From an uncultured bacterium (GTDB taxonomy: Bacteria > Verrucomicrobiota > Verrucomicrobiia > Limisphaerales > UBA8199), in contig CAVVMW010000006.1 in assembly GCA_963749495.1 (NCBI GenBank), positions 384,001 to 448,000 of the forward strand: DNA of 64,000 nucleotides. Reading direction: 5' to 3'. Shown one piece after another: positions 39,158 through 47,758 of this stretch. The notes beneath the pieces were generated by a model. That model made no database searches. It saw only the letters and a list, made by a program, of their open reading frames with translations, and was not told where the DNA came from. How positions within the stretch are numbered: the first letter of the stretch is position 1; each line of letters starts with the position of its first letter. The translations under genes and the position numbers were made by a program.

Positions 39158-41793
39158 GCGCGTGCCGCAAACCCGTGCAAACCCTCAAGGTCCAGCCCCC
39201 GGCGGCGGCCGCCTCTCGGGGACGCCTCTTCTGCCGCCCCGGTTTCCTGTGCCTGTTGCTCGGACTGGCCACTCTGGCGGTTTACTTGCCCGTCGCCTGG
39301 AACGGCTTCGTCAACTACGACAACTCCGATTACATCACCGCCAACGCACACGTGCTCGGCGGGTTGAAATGGGAGACGGTGACCTGGGCCTTCACGACCG
39401 GGCACGCCAGCAACTGGCACCCGTTGACCTGGCTCTCGCACGCCCTGGATTGCACGCTCTTTGGCCAGCGGCCCGGTCCGCAGCACCTGGTCAGCGTGGC
39501 GCTGCACATCGCCAACACGCTGCTCCTGTTCTTTCTGCTCCGGCGCATGACGGGGTCCTTGTGGCGCAGCGCGCTGGCCGCCGCGTTCTTCGCCTTGCAC
39601 CCGTTGCACGTCGAGTCCGTGGCCTGGATTTCCGAACGCAAAGATGTGCTCAGCGGCCTGTTCTTTGTGCTGACGCTCACGGCTTACGTCATCTACGTCG
39701 AGAAAACGCGTCCCGCCAACGGCCGGCCTCCGGATGCGGCGCCGTCTGGCCGGCTCTGTGGCGGCCCCGTGTTTTGGTATGGCCTTTCGCTCCTGTTTTT
39801 CTGCCTGGGCCTGATGAGCAAACCAATGCTGGTCACCGTGCCCTTTGTGCTGCTGCTGCTCGACGCCTGGCCGCTCCGGCGGTTCCCTCGCTGTGGCTCC
39901 CTCGCCCCATCCGATGGGGAGAGGGCCGGGGTGAGGGGCCGGCCCGGCATGGGGCGCGCAGTCGGGTCGGTCGCCGCTTCCCCCTCACCCCAGCCCTCTC
40001 CCCATCTGATGGGGAGAGGGAGCAGTCACGGCCGGCCCTCCCCAATTCCAGCGCGCTCGGATTCGTCGAGCGCCGAGCGAGAGTCCTCCCTCGCCCCATC
40101 CGATGGGGAGAGGGCCGGGGTGAGGGGCCGACCCGGCATGGGGCGCGCAGTCGGGTCGGTCGCCGCTTCCCCCTCACCCCAGCCCTCTCCCCATCTGATG
40201 GGGAGAGGGAGCAGTCACGGCCGGCCCTCCCCAATTCCAGCGCGCTCGGATTCGTCGAGCGCCGAGCGAGAGTCCCCCCTCGCCCCATCCGATGGGGAGA
40301 GGGCCGGGGTGAGGGGCCGGCCCGGCATGGGGCGCGCACTCATCGAGAAACTCCCGTTCCTGGCCCTGGGCGCGGCCTCGAGCGTGGTGACGTTTCTGGT
40401 GCAGCGAAAAGGAGGCGCCGTCTCGACGGCCCTGCCGCTGGATGCGCGGGTGGGCAACGCGCTGGTCTCCTACGTCCGCTACCTCGGCAAGACGCTTTGG
40501 CCGGCGCACTTGTCGGTCCTCTACCCACACCCGGGCCATTGGCCTTTGTGGCAGGTGATAGCGGCCGCGTGCCTGCTGGCGGGTGTGTGTGCGGTGGTGC
40601 TGTGGCGGGCCCGGGCAGTGCCGTGCCTGGCAGCCGGTTGGTTCTGGTTCGCGGGGATGTTGGTGCCGGTGATTGGCCTGGTCCAGGTCGGCATCCAGTC
40701 CATGGCGGATCGCTACATGTACCTGCCGATGATTGGGCTGTCGCTGGCGCTGCTGTGGGGCGTGCCGGAGTTGGTGCCGCAGCGGCTGTGGCGGCCCAGG
40801 CTCGGCGCCGCCGCCATGGTCCTGGCCTTGGGCGCCTGCGCCTGGATGTCCGCCCGGCAGGTGCGGTACTGGCACGACACCGAGGCCCTCTTCGCACGGG
40901 CGGTCAAAGTCACCAAGCGAAATTACCTTGCCTACAATAATCTGGGCTTTTACCAGTCCCGCCAGGGGCGGCCTGCCGAGGCGATGGAGAATTACCTGCG
41001 CTCGCTTGAAATCAACCCGCGTTATGAAGACGCGCTGAACAACGTGGGCTATGCCCTGGCCGGCCGGAAAAAATACGCCGAGGCGATGAGGTATTACGAA
41101 GCCGCGTTGGCCATTCAACCCAATCATCCCGAGGTCCACAATAACCTCGGCAATGCCTTGTCCGAGTTGGGCCGGATCGACGAGGCCATCACGCACTACT
41201 GGATCACCCTCGGCCAAAAGCCCGACCATGCCGATGCCAACAACAATCTCGGCATCGCGCTCGCGATGAAGGGCCAGCTCGACCAGGCCATCCTCCATTT
41301 CCGCAAGGCCATTCAGTCCAACCCGGGCGACGCGAGCGCCCACAGCAACCTCGGCAACGCGCTGGCCGTCCAGCACAACCTGGACGGCGCCATCCAGGAA
41401 TACAACCTGGCCTTGCGCCTCCGACCCAACGATGCCCAGGCCCACAACAATCTCGGCAATGCCCTGGCCGGCCTGGGCAAGCTCGATGAGGCCATCGCCC
41501 ACTACCACGATGCGCTTCGCCTCAACCCCGACAATCCCGAGGCCCACGCCAACCTCGCCGGCGCCCTCGCCTCCCAGGGCAACCTCCCGCTCGCCATCGA
41601 ACAATTCCTGGCCTCGCTGCGGTGCAATCCCAACAGCCCCGACACCCATTATCACCTCGCCCAGGTCCTCCTCAAGCAGGGACGGCGCGACGAGGCCGCC
41701 GCTCATCTGGCGGCCGCCCTCCAACTCCGGCCCGGATTCCCGGAGGCCAGGAGGGACTTGGAGGCGTTGAGGGCGGCGCCCGCGCAACGCTAA
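39154..41793 (+). CDS. TMTC-like polytopic membrane protein (GT-C-like) with C-terminal TPRs and an in-frame REP array
   Basis: NWHPLTWLSH, FALHPLHVESVAWISERKDVL, SKPMLVT, ADRYMYLP and about 8 TPRs (HNNLG). Confidence 0.88.
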   Translation: MSACRKPVQTLKVQPPAAAASRGRLFCRPGFLCLLLGLATLAVYLPVAWNGFVNYDNSDYITANAHVLGGLKWETVTWAFTTGHASNWHPLTWLSHALDCTLFGQRPGPQHLVSVALHIANTLLLFFLLRRMTGSLWRSALAAAFFALHPLHVESVAWISERKDVLSGLFFVLTLTAYVIYVEKTRPANGRPPDAAPSGRLCGGPVFWYGLSLLFFCLGLMSKPMLVTVPFVLLLLDAWPLRRFPRCGSLAPSDGERAGVRGRPGMGRAVGSVAASPSPQPSPHLMGRGSSHGRPSPIPARSDSSSAERESSLAPSDGERAGVRGRPGMGRAVGSVAASPSPQPSPHLMGRGSSHGRPSPIPARSDSSSAERESPLAPSDGERAGVRGRPGMGRALIEKLPFLALGAASSVVTFLVQRKGGAVSTALPLDARVGNALVSYVRYLGKTLWPAHLSVLYPHPGHWPLWQVIAAACLLAGVCAVVLWRARAVPCLAAGWFWFAGMLVPVIGLVQVGIQSMADRYMYLPMIGLSLALLWGVPELVPQRLWRPRLGAAAMVLALGACAWMSARQVRYWHDTEALFARAVKVTKRNYLAYNNLGFYQSRQGRPAEAMENYLRSLEINPRYEDALNNVGYALAGRKKYAEAMRYYEAALAIQPNHPEVHNNLGNALSELGRIDEAITHYWITLGQKPDHADANNNLGIALAMKGQLDQAILHFRKAIQSNPGDASAHSNLGNALAVQHNLDGAIQEYNLALRLRPNDAQAHNNLGNALAGLGKLDEAIAHYHDALRLNPDNPEAHANLAGALASQGNLPLAIEQFLASLRCNPNSPDTHYHLAQVLLKQGRRDEAAAHLAAALQLRPGFPEARRDLEALRAAPAQR
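39897..40338. repeat. About 2.3 tandem copies of a 189-bp unit of alternating REP-P hairpins, in frame
   Basis: ctcgccccatccgatgggg starts at 39901, 40090 and 40279. Confidence 0.95.
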
Positions 41794-41795
41794 AA

Positions 41796-43313
41796 TCAGA
41801 TCTTCGGCACCACGTATGGCTTTCGATACTCGCGCCGGGCAAGCGCGTCGGCTTGGTGCGCAAAACCGTGGACAAACCGTTCCCGCTTCGCGTCGAAGGT
41901 CACCCAGGGTCCGAGCGTGGCCGGGGTGGCGCCGAGGTCAATGCCATTCTGGCCCAGATAGTCGCGGCAGCGGTCGAACGCGTCTGATAGCTCGCGGCTC
42001 GCCCGGGTGGCGGCGCGAATCTCCTCGATTGGCGACTGGCTCCCGAGCCGGTGAGAGATGTTCGCCAAGTGGCAGCAGGCCGCGGAGAGGTGTCCCTGCA
42101 AGGCCTCGGCGGCCAGGTCGCCCGCCTTGCGGCTGCGAACGGCGGCCACGAAGTTGGCCAGGTGCGTGGTTTCCAGCGTCCTGGAGCCGCCGTCGTCCGG
42201 GATGTCCTTGATCTTCTTTCCCTGGTTATCAAAGAGCGCTGCGCCGGAGGCATCGCCTGCGAAATAGCCGCCTTCGCAGTCGATGACGATCCCGTTGGTC
42301 TCGTTTCGGAACTTGCCGATGGCGTCCCGGCCCTGGGCCTTGCGCACGTTGCGGACCTCGCAGATCACCGGCGCGGGTGCGTAATTCAAGAGCGCAATCT
42401 GCGTGTTGGCCGTCTGGCCGCAGTCATCGAAACCAAGACGGCCGCCGATGCTCATGGCGCGCGGGGGCGGTTGGTTCTGGCCCAAAGCCCAGCGGCAAAG
42501 GTCTATGACATGGATTCCATTGTTGCCCATCTCACCGTTGCCTGTGGCCCAGAACCAGTGCCATTCGTAGTGCAATTGCTTGCGCATCAGCGGCCCTTTG
42601 GGAGCCGGACCGCACCACAGATCGTAATCCACCGTCGCCGGCACGGGCGTTGGCGCGCTGACCTTGCCGATGCCATCGCGAGCGCGATACACCAGGGCAT
42701 GGGCATAACGTATGGCCCCGAGCTGGCCGCGGCGCAGGTCCTCGAAGGCCTGGCGCAGGAGCGCGCTCGAACGATTCTGAGTGCCCACCTGGACCATGCG
42801 GCCGTGCTTCCGCGCCGCCGCCACCATTTGCCGTCCTTCCCAGAGGTTGTGGGCAAACGGCTTCTCGACGTAAACGTCCTTGCCCGCCTGGCAGGCCCAG
42901 ACCGTTGCCAGGGCGTGCCAATGATTGGGCAATGCGATGACTACGGCATCAATGGTCTTGTCATCGAGGACCCTGCGGAGGTCCGTGTGCGTGGCGACCG
43001 TTTCGCCCCGCTCCTTGAACGGCTGCGCTTCCCGGTCAAGAAATGCCTGGTCCACGTCGCACAGCGCGACGATCCTCGCGCCCGGGACCTCTCGAATCCG
43101 GGGGATGAGCTGATGACCGCGCCCGCCGACGCCGCCGACCGCTTTAGTGTCCCCGAGTCCCACGACTGCCAGACGGATCGTATCGTTGGGTCCTTTGGCT
43201 CGGGACGAACGCTCGGCGCCGATGACCATCTCCGGCATCCCCAGCGCCAACCCGGCCACTGTTGTGCTTTTCAGAAAGCTCCTGCGTGTGATTGGTTTCA
43301 TATTTCTGCTCAT
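41796..43313 (-). CDS. Tat-exported Gfo/Idh/MocA oxidoreductase
   Basis: TRRSFLK, ALCDVD, PNHWH, GKDVYVEKP, QVGTQNRS and DLWCGPAP. Confidence 0.92.
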   Translation of the reverse strand: MSRNMKPITRRSFLKSTTVAGLALGMPEMVIGAERSSRAKGPNDTIRLAVVGLGDTKAVGGVGGRGHQLIPRIREVPGARIVALCDVDQAFLDREAQPFKERGETVATHTDLRRVLDDKTIDAVVIALPNHWHALATVWACQAGKDVYVEKPFAHNLWEGRQMVAAARKHGRMVQVGTQNRSSALLRQAFEDLRRGQLGAIRYAHALVYRARDGIGKVSAPTPVPATVDYDLWCGPAPKGPLMRKQLHYEWHWFWATGNGEMGNNGIHVIDLCRWALGQNQPPPRAMSIGGRLGFDDCGQTANTQIALLNYAPAPVICEVRNVRKAQGRDAIGKFRNETNGIVIDCEGGYFAGDASGAALFDNQGKKIKDIPDDGGSRTLETTHLANFVAAVRSRKAGDLAAEALQGHLSAACCHLANISHRLGSQSPIEEIRAATRASRELSDAFDRCRDYLGQNGIDLGATPATLGPWVTFDAKRERFVHGFAHQADALARREYRKPYVVPKI

Positions 43314-43390
43314 GATGGGCGAGTGAACGAGTTCATGGCCCGCAGACTACCGCAACGAGGCCGGCAAGCAAGGCAGACTTCATCGCCCCG

Positions 43391-44533
43391 TCAATCCCGC
43401 TGGCGAAAATCGGCGATGCGGTGGAACGTCAGGTAATTGGCGTCGTGGAAATTGTGGGCGCCGCCTTGGGCGTCGTCCCAGGCGGTGCGGCAGACGGCGA
43501 TAATGTCCGGCCCGTCGAACTGCCAGTCCACGTATTGGAACCCGTGCCGCGCCGTGTCGGGATGCTCCAACAGAATGGAATGCACCTTCCAGCCGCCGAC
43601 GAGGTCCATGGAGTGGACCAGCGCCAGGGTGTTGCGGACCGAGGCGGGAGGTCCGGCCTTCTCGAAGGCCGGCGGCACGATGGTCGCGAGGGACCAGTAA
43701 AGTTCGCTCACCGCATCGAAGCGAACCGTGAACTTCTTGGCGCCGCCCGGCAGTTCGACGAAGCCCGTGGCGGGATCGAACGCGGCAGTCTTGCCATCAC
43801 GTGAGATCGTGACCAAGGCGGCCCGCTCCGGCAGATCGGGGGCATCCACGCGCAGCAGGTCGGCGACTTTTCCCTCCGTGGTCACGATGGCATTGCCTTC
43901 GAGCCAGCCGCCGAATTTGCCGTTGAGCCAGTTGGTATTGCCCGGGAGAAAACTGCTCGAGGTCCAGTTGGCGGCATCGAGGAGGTTGGCATTGGCGGGC
44001 GCGGAGAACATGACGGCGTGGTAGGTGACGCCCCAGCCTGCCGGGGGCTCGCGGTGCTCGAAGGCGCGCCAAAGACGGCCGTCGTGTTCGAGGACCGGCA
44101 CCGGCGCGCAGTGAAACTCGGCCTGGGGGCTGAGCAAGCCGGACTTGGCGTCCTCGGGCGATGTCCAGGCAAACCCGCCATCGGTGGAGCGCCGGATGAT
44201 GGCGTGTCCATGGTGCCTGTCGGTGCCGATCAAATAGAGCGCCCCGCGGTGCGTGAAGAGCGTGGACCAGAATTGGCCGTCCACCCGGGCAATGTTGGTC
44301 CAGGTCTGGCCGCGGTCGCGCGAGGCGAACACCTTGGTCACTGCCCGGGTCAGTTCGCTGCTCCGGGGGCCAAATTCATCGTGCGAGGCGATGTAATCGG
44401 TCTTCGAAACCACGGCGAGGCTTGGTGAACCGATGTAGATGCCGGAAGCAGCGGGGCTGTGATCGATGATCACGCCGGGCACGTTGGCCGCGCCGGCGGC
44501 CCAGGGGCAAATCATCAGCGCCACGGCCCACAA
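43391..44533 (-). CDS. Sialidase/BNR (Asp-box) family protein; start uncertain
   Basis: Asp-boxes SRDRGQTW and STDGGFAW; YIGSPS and FQYVDW. Confidence 0.78.
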   Translation of the reverse strand: MWAVALMICPWAAGAANVPGVIIDHSPAASGIYIGSPSLAVVSKTDYIASHDEFGPRSSELTRAVTKVFASRDRGQTWTNIARVDGQFWSTLFTHRGALYLIGTDRHHGHAIIRRSTDGGFAWTSPEDAKSGLLSPQAEFHCAPVPVLEHDGRLWRAFEHREPPAGWGVTYHAVMFSAPANANLLDAANWTSSSFLPGNTNWLNGKFGGWLEGNAIVTTEGKVADLLRVDAPDLPERAALVTISRDGKTAAFDPATGFVELPGGAKKFTVRFDAVSELYWSLATIVPPAFEKAGPPASVRNTLALVHSMDLVGGWKVHSILLEHPDTARHGFQYVDWQFDGPDIIAVCRTAWDDAQGGAHNFHDANYLTFHRIADFRQRD

Positions 44534-44556
44534 TAGAAGGAGCGGCGAGCCCCAAA

Positions 44557-44779
44557 CTCCGGCCCAACGGGCCGGCAGAACCCAGCCCAGGGCTGAGGCC
44601 GCCAGGCCGATGCCCTGGGACAGGCCCGCGCAAGAGCCGGCGCGCCCTGAAGGGGCGCAAGAGGGGCTCTGGCGCCCCTTCGGGGCGCGCGGCCCGCCTC
44701 TGGGCCCTAACCCCAGGGCATCGGCCTGGCGGCCTCAGCCCTGGGCTAGGCTCTTGCGGCCCCTTGGGCCGCGAGGCAG
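44557..44779. repeat. REP-C composite palindrome, copy 2
   Basis: Same structure as 8517-8736. Confidence 0.9.
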
Positions 44780-44921
44780 GAAACCGAAGGTGGCTCATTC
44801 CCTCTAAAGTCAGCTTACACTGTGACATTTCCCGTGGATGCCGGCTTAACATCACGCCCAGTTACGCCCGAATCCCGTGCCGAAAACAAGGAAATTGAAA
44901 GGTAACTGTTCAGGTCGGGAC

Positions 44922-45039
44922 GTGTGGGGCAGACCTCCGGTCTGCCGGTTGCAGGGGCCTCTGGCCCCGAGCCTCGCAACTGCAAGGGACACGGAGCCGG
45001 AGGCTCCGTGAACCGGCAGACCAGAGGTCTGCCCCACAC
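44922..45039. repeat. GTGG-type REP pair
   Basis: gtgtggggcagacctccggtctgccggtt ... aaccggcagaccagaggtctgccccacac. Confidence 0.85.
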
Positions 45040-45125
45040 CTGAACGGCTACCTTGAAAGTTTCATTGCGCCTCTGCCGGCATTCATGCCATCTATCGGTA
45101 TGAGCGCGCCACAACCGTCGCGGAG

Positions 45126-46340
45126 ATGAGTCCCATCGCCCCCAATCCGCTGCTCGGGGTCGGCCTGCACGCCATCGGCGCGGGTCTTTCAGCCAACTGT
45201 TATTCACCCCAGAAATACGTGAAGCGCTGGTCCTGGGAAATCTACTGGCTCACGCAAGCCGCGTGGTGCTGGTTCCTTTGGCCCATCATCGGCGCGCTGC
45301 TCACGATCCCGCAGCTCTGGCGGGTGCTTGCCGAGGCGCCAAAGGATCGGATGCTTTACTCATTCCTGATGGGGGTTGCTTACGGGGTGGGCGGCACGGC
45401 CTTCAACGTCTCCATCCGCTACATCGGGTTCTCCCTCACTTACGCCATCGCGGTGGGACTCTCCAGCATCCTGGGCACGCTCGTGCCGCCGCTGGTGCGC
45501 GGGCAGTTTGCCGAAATCATGTCCCGGGTTGGCTCGGGCTGGGTGTTTGCGGGCGTGGCCGCGGGGGCGATTGGCATTGCCGTTTGCGGCGCGGCGGGCC
45601 ACTTCAAGGAGCGGGACTTGAAAGCCGGAGCTGAGGGCGTCGGCGAGTTCTCGCTGGTCAGAGGTTTGTCGCTTTCGCTCCTGGCGGGCGTGCTCTCGGC
45701 GGTTTATGGATTCGCCTTGGAAGTCGCCGCCCCGGTGGCGGACATCGCCGAGCAGCACGGCGCCGGGATTTGGAAGGGCAATGTGGCCTACATTTTCGCC
45801 AACACCGGCGCGTTCGTCACGGCGGCACTCTACAGCCTCTACCTGGCGCGCAAGAACAAATCGCTCGGCGAACTGGCCCGGTTGCGCCCCGGTGAAGAGC
45901 AGGCCAGCCTGCGCATGAATTACGTCCTGGCGCTGCTCACGGGCACGTTATGGTACGGTCAATTCTTCTTTTACAACCTGGGCCACGTCCGGCTGGGCAA
46001 GAATTACGCATTCTCCAGTTGGGCCATTCACATGATCATCCTGGTGCTGATCAGCAACCTCGTGGCCATCTTCTTCAAGGAATGGAAAGGTTGCGGCGGC
46101 CGCACCAAAACCAGCATCAGCTTTGGCCTGGCCGTGCTGTGCGCCGCCATCCTGCTGCTGACCTACGGCAATTATCTGGGGGAATCAACGCTGATTTACC
46201 GGCCGACGACCAGAATATCGAGCAGTCCCGGGCCGCCACCGCCACCTCTCCGGCCGCCACCAGGCTGGTTTCCACCCGCCGGAGGAGTTGTCGCCGAGGA
46301 AGCGCCCGGAGCCGGCTCCGTGGTGATCAACACAATCTGA
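45126..46340 (+). CDS. rhaT: L-rhamnose/proton symporter RhaT family; the true stop may be 46194
   Basis: KRWSWEIYW, IGFSLTYAIAVG, GTLVPP, LWYGQFFFY and KEWKG, with about 10 TM segments. Confidence 0.78.
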   Translation: MSPIAPNPLLGVGLHAIGAGLSANCYSPQKYVKRWSWEIYWLTQAAWCWFLWPIIGALLTIPQLWRVLAEAPKDRMLYSFLMGVAYGVGGTAFNVSIRYIGFSLTYAIAVGLSSILGTLVPPLVRGQFAEIMSRVGSGWVFAGVAAGAIGIAVCGAAGHFKERDLKAGAEGVGEFSLVRGLSLSLLAGVLSAVYGFALEVAAPVADIAEQHGAGIWKGNVAYIFANTGAFVTAALYSLYLARKNKSLGELARLRPGEEQASLRMNYVLALLTGTLWYGQFFFYNLGHVRLGKNYAFSSWAIHMIILVLISNLVAIFFKEWKGCGGRTKTSISFGLAVLCAAILLLTYGNYLGESTLIYRPTTRISSSPGPPPPPLRPPPGWFPPAGGVVAEEAPGAGSVVINTI

Positions 46341-47257
46341 TTGTTCTTGGTGTCCAGCGTGCAGGTCTTGGCACGCGGCTTGGTCTGCACCGTCTGTTCC
46401 ACCTCGAAGGTCGTGGGGCTGGTTTCCTTGATAATCGTCAGTGTCCCATCGCCCTGGGAACTGAAGGCCTCCATTGTGTTGGGATTAAAGCCGCCGCCGT
46501 CCGTGCCTCGGCCGATTGGCAGGGTAGCCAGGATCTTTCCATCATCGGCGCTGAGAACGACGCACGTTTGCGGGTCGTGGCACATGGCAAAGAGAATGTG
46601 GTTTTTCACGTCCAAACCCAAGCCGCCCGGCCCGCCGCCTTTGCCGGCCAGGCCGTAGTGCGCCGTCACCTTGAGAGTCTTCACGTCAACGACCGCGATG
46701 TTGTCCTTGTCCTCGATATCCACGTACAGGCGGCCCTGGCCGTCACTGGCAGCCTGTTCAGGAGCGCCCCCCAAATCAATCGTGCCGACAACCGTGCCGG
46801 CCTTGCCGTCAATCACCGTGGCGTTGGGCGGGCTGTGGCTGAAAACATAAATCCGTTCGGTCAGGGGCTCGAAGAGAATGCCGTCCGGCCGCCCCTGCAC
46901 CTCGATGGTCTTGAGGGTCTCGAGGGTCTTGGCATCCCACATCACGACGGGACTGCTGCTGCAGAAGCCGTGCTGGGACTTGGGCTCCACTGCGACGCCG
47001 CGCGCCCGGGCATTGGGGATGGCCCCAGCCGGCTTGAGGCTGTCCAGGTCAAAGACCAGGACCTGATTGCCCCTCGCAACATACAGACGGCTGTTGTCGT
47101 TGTCCGCATAGACGTAATCGATCCCGCCTGTGCCCATGGTCTGGGTCGTCTTGAGGACTCGGTAAGGGCTTGAGGCTGACGGCGTTTGGGCAAAAGCCAC
47201 CGAAGCGACCGTACTCAGGAGAATTGCGCTCCCCCATTCCAGGATATGTGCTTTCAT
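46196..47257 (-). CDS. YncE/YVTN-type beta-propeller protein
   Basis: Signal peptide, GTGGIDY, IDLGGAPEQAASDG and ILATLPIG. Confidence 0.8.
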   Translation of the reverse strand: MKAHILEWGSAILLSTVASVAFAQTPSASSPYRVLKTTQTMGTGGIDYVYADNDNSRLYVARGNQVLVFDLDSLKPAGAIPNARARGVAVEPKSQHGFCSSSPVVMWDAKTLETLKTIEVQGRPDGILFEPLTERIYVFSHSPPNATVIDGKAGTVVGTIDLGGAPEQAASDGQGRLYVDIEDKDNIAVVDVKTLKVTAHYGLAGKGGGPGGLGLDVKNHILFAMCHDPQTCVVLSADDGKILATLPIGRGTDGGGFNPNTMEAFSSQGDGTLTIIKETSPTTFEVEQTVQTKPRAKTCTLDTKNNQIVLITTEPAPGASSATTPPAGGNQPGGGRRGGGGGPGLLDILVVGR

Positions 47258-47445
47258 TTCTCTCGGCCTGATTGATTTTGGCAAGGCAGCCCGTTTGGAG
47301 CTGCCGCACCGTGTTGTGTTGAGCTGAATATTGAGAGACCAGACGCGCCGGCAAGACCTTTGGTTACATCGCCCGGCATCGATGGGGTGGCAGAAGACGA
47401 CTAAGGCAAGGGACGCATTGTCCAGACTATCCAGTCGGTCTGAAA

Positions 47446-47668
47446 CTCCGGCCCAAAGGGCCGGCAGAGCCTAGCCCAGGGCTGAGGCCGTCAGGCCGAT
47501 GCCCTGGGAACATGCCCCCGGAGGATTAGGCGCGCCCTGAAAGGGCGCCAGCGCCCTGTGGCGCCCTTTTCAGGGCGCGGGGTCCGCGTCTGCGGCGAAA
47601 CCCAGGGCATCGGCCTGACGGCCTCAGCCCTGGGCTGGGTTCTGGCGGCCCGTTGGGCCGCGAGGCAG
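47446..47668. repeat. REP-C composite palindrome, copy 3
   Basis: Same structure as 8517-8736. Confidence 0.9.
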
Positions 47669-47758
47669 AGCAGGAAAGGCTTGCCCAGATCGCGCCCCTG
47701 GCCCTGCTTCCACAGGATCCAACCAAGCTCCGCCAGAACCGATTGCAGCAGATCGTTT

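Noticed and set aside
46196..46340. 145-bp antisense overlap of rhaT with the YncE-like gene
   Set aside because: Removing one G from the G5 run at 46178-46182 gives YLGNQR* ending at 46194, just before the opposite stop, so it is probably an indel artefact.
47270..47350. Possible riboswitch upstream of the YncE-like gene
   Set aside because: Only one short hairpin (GGCAGC...GCTGCC) and no recognisable aptamer consensus.
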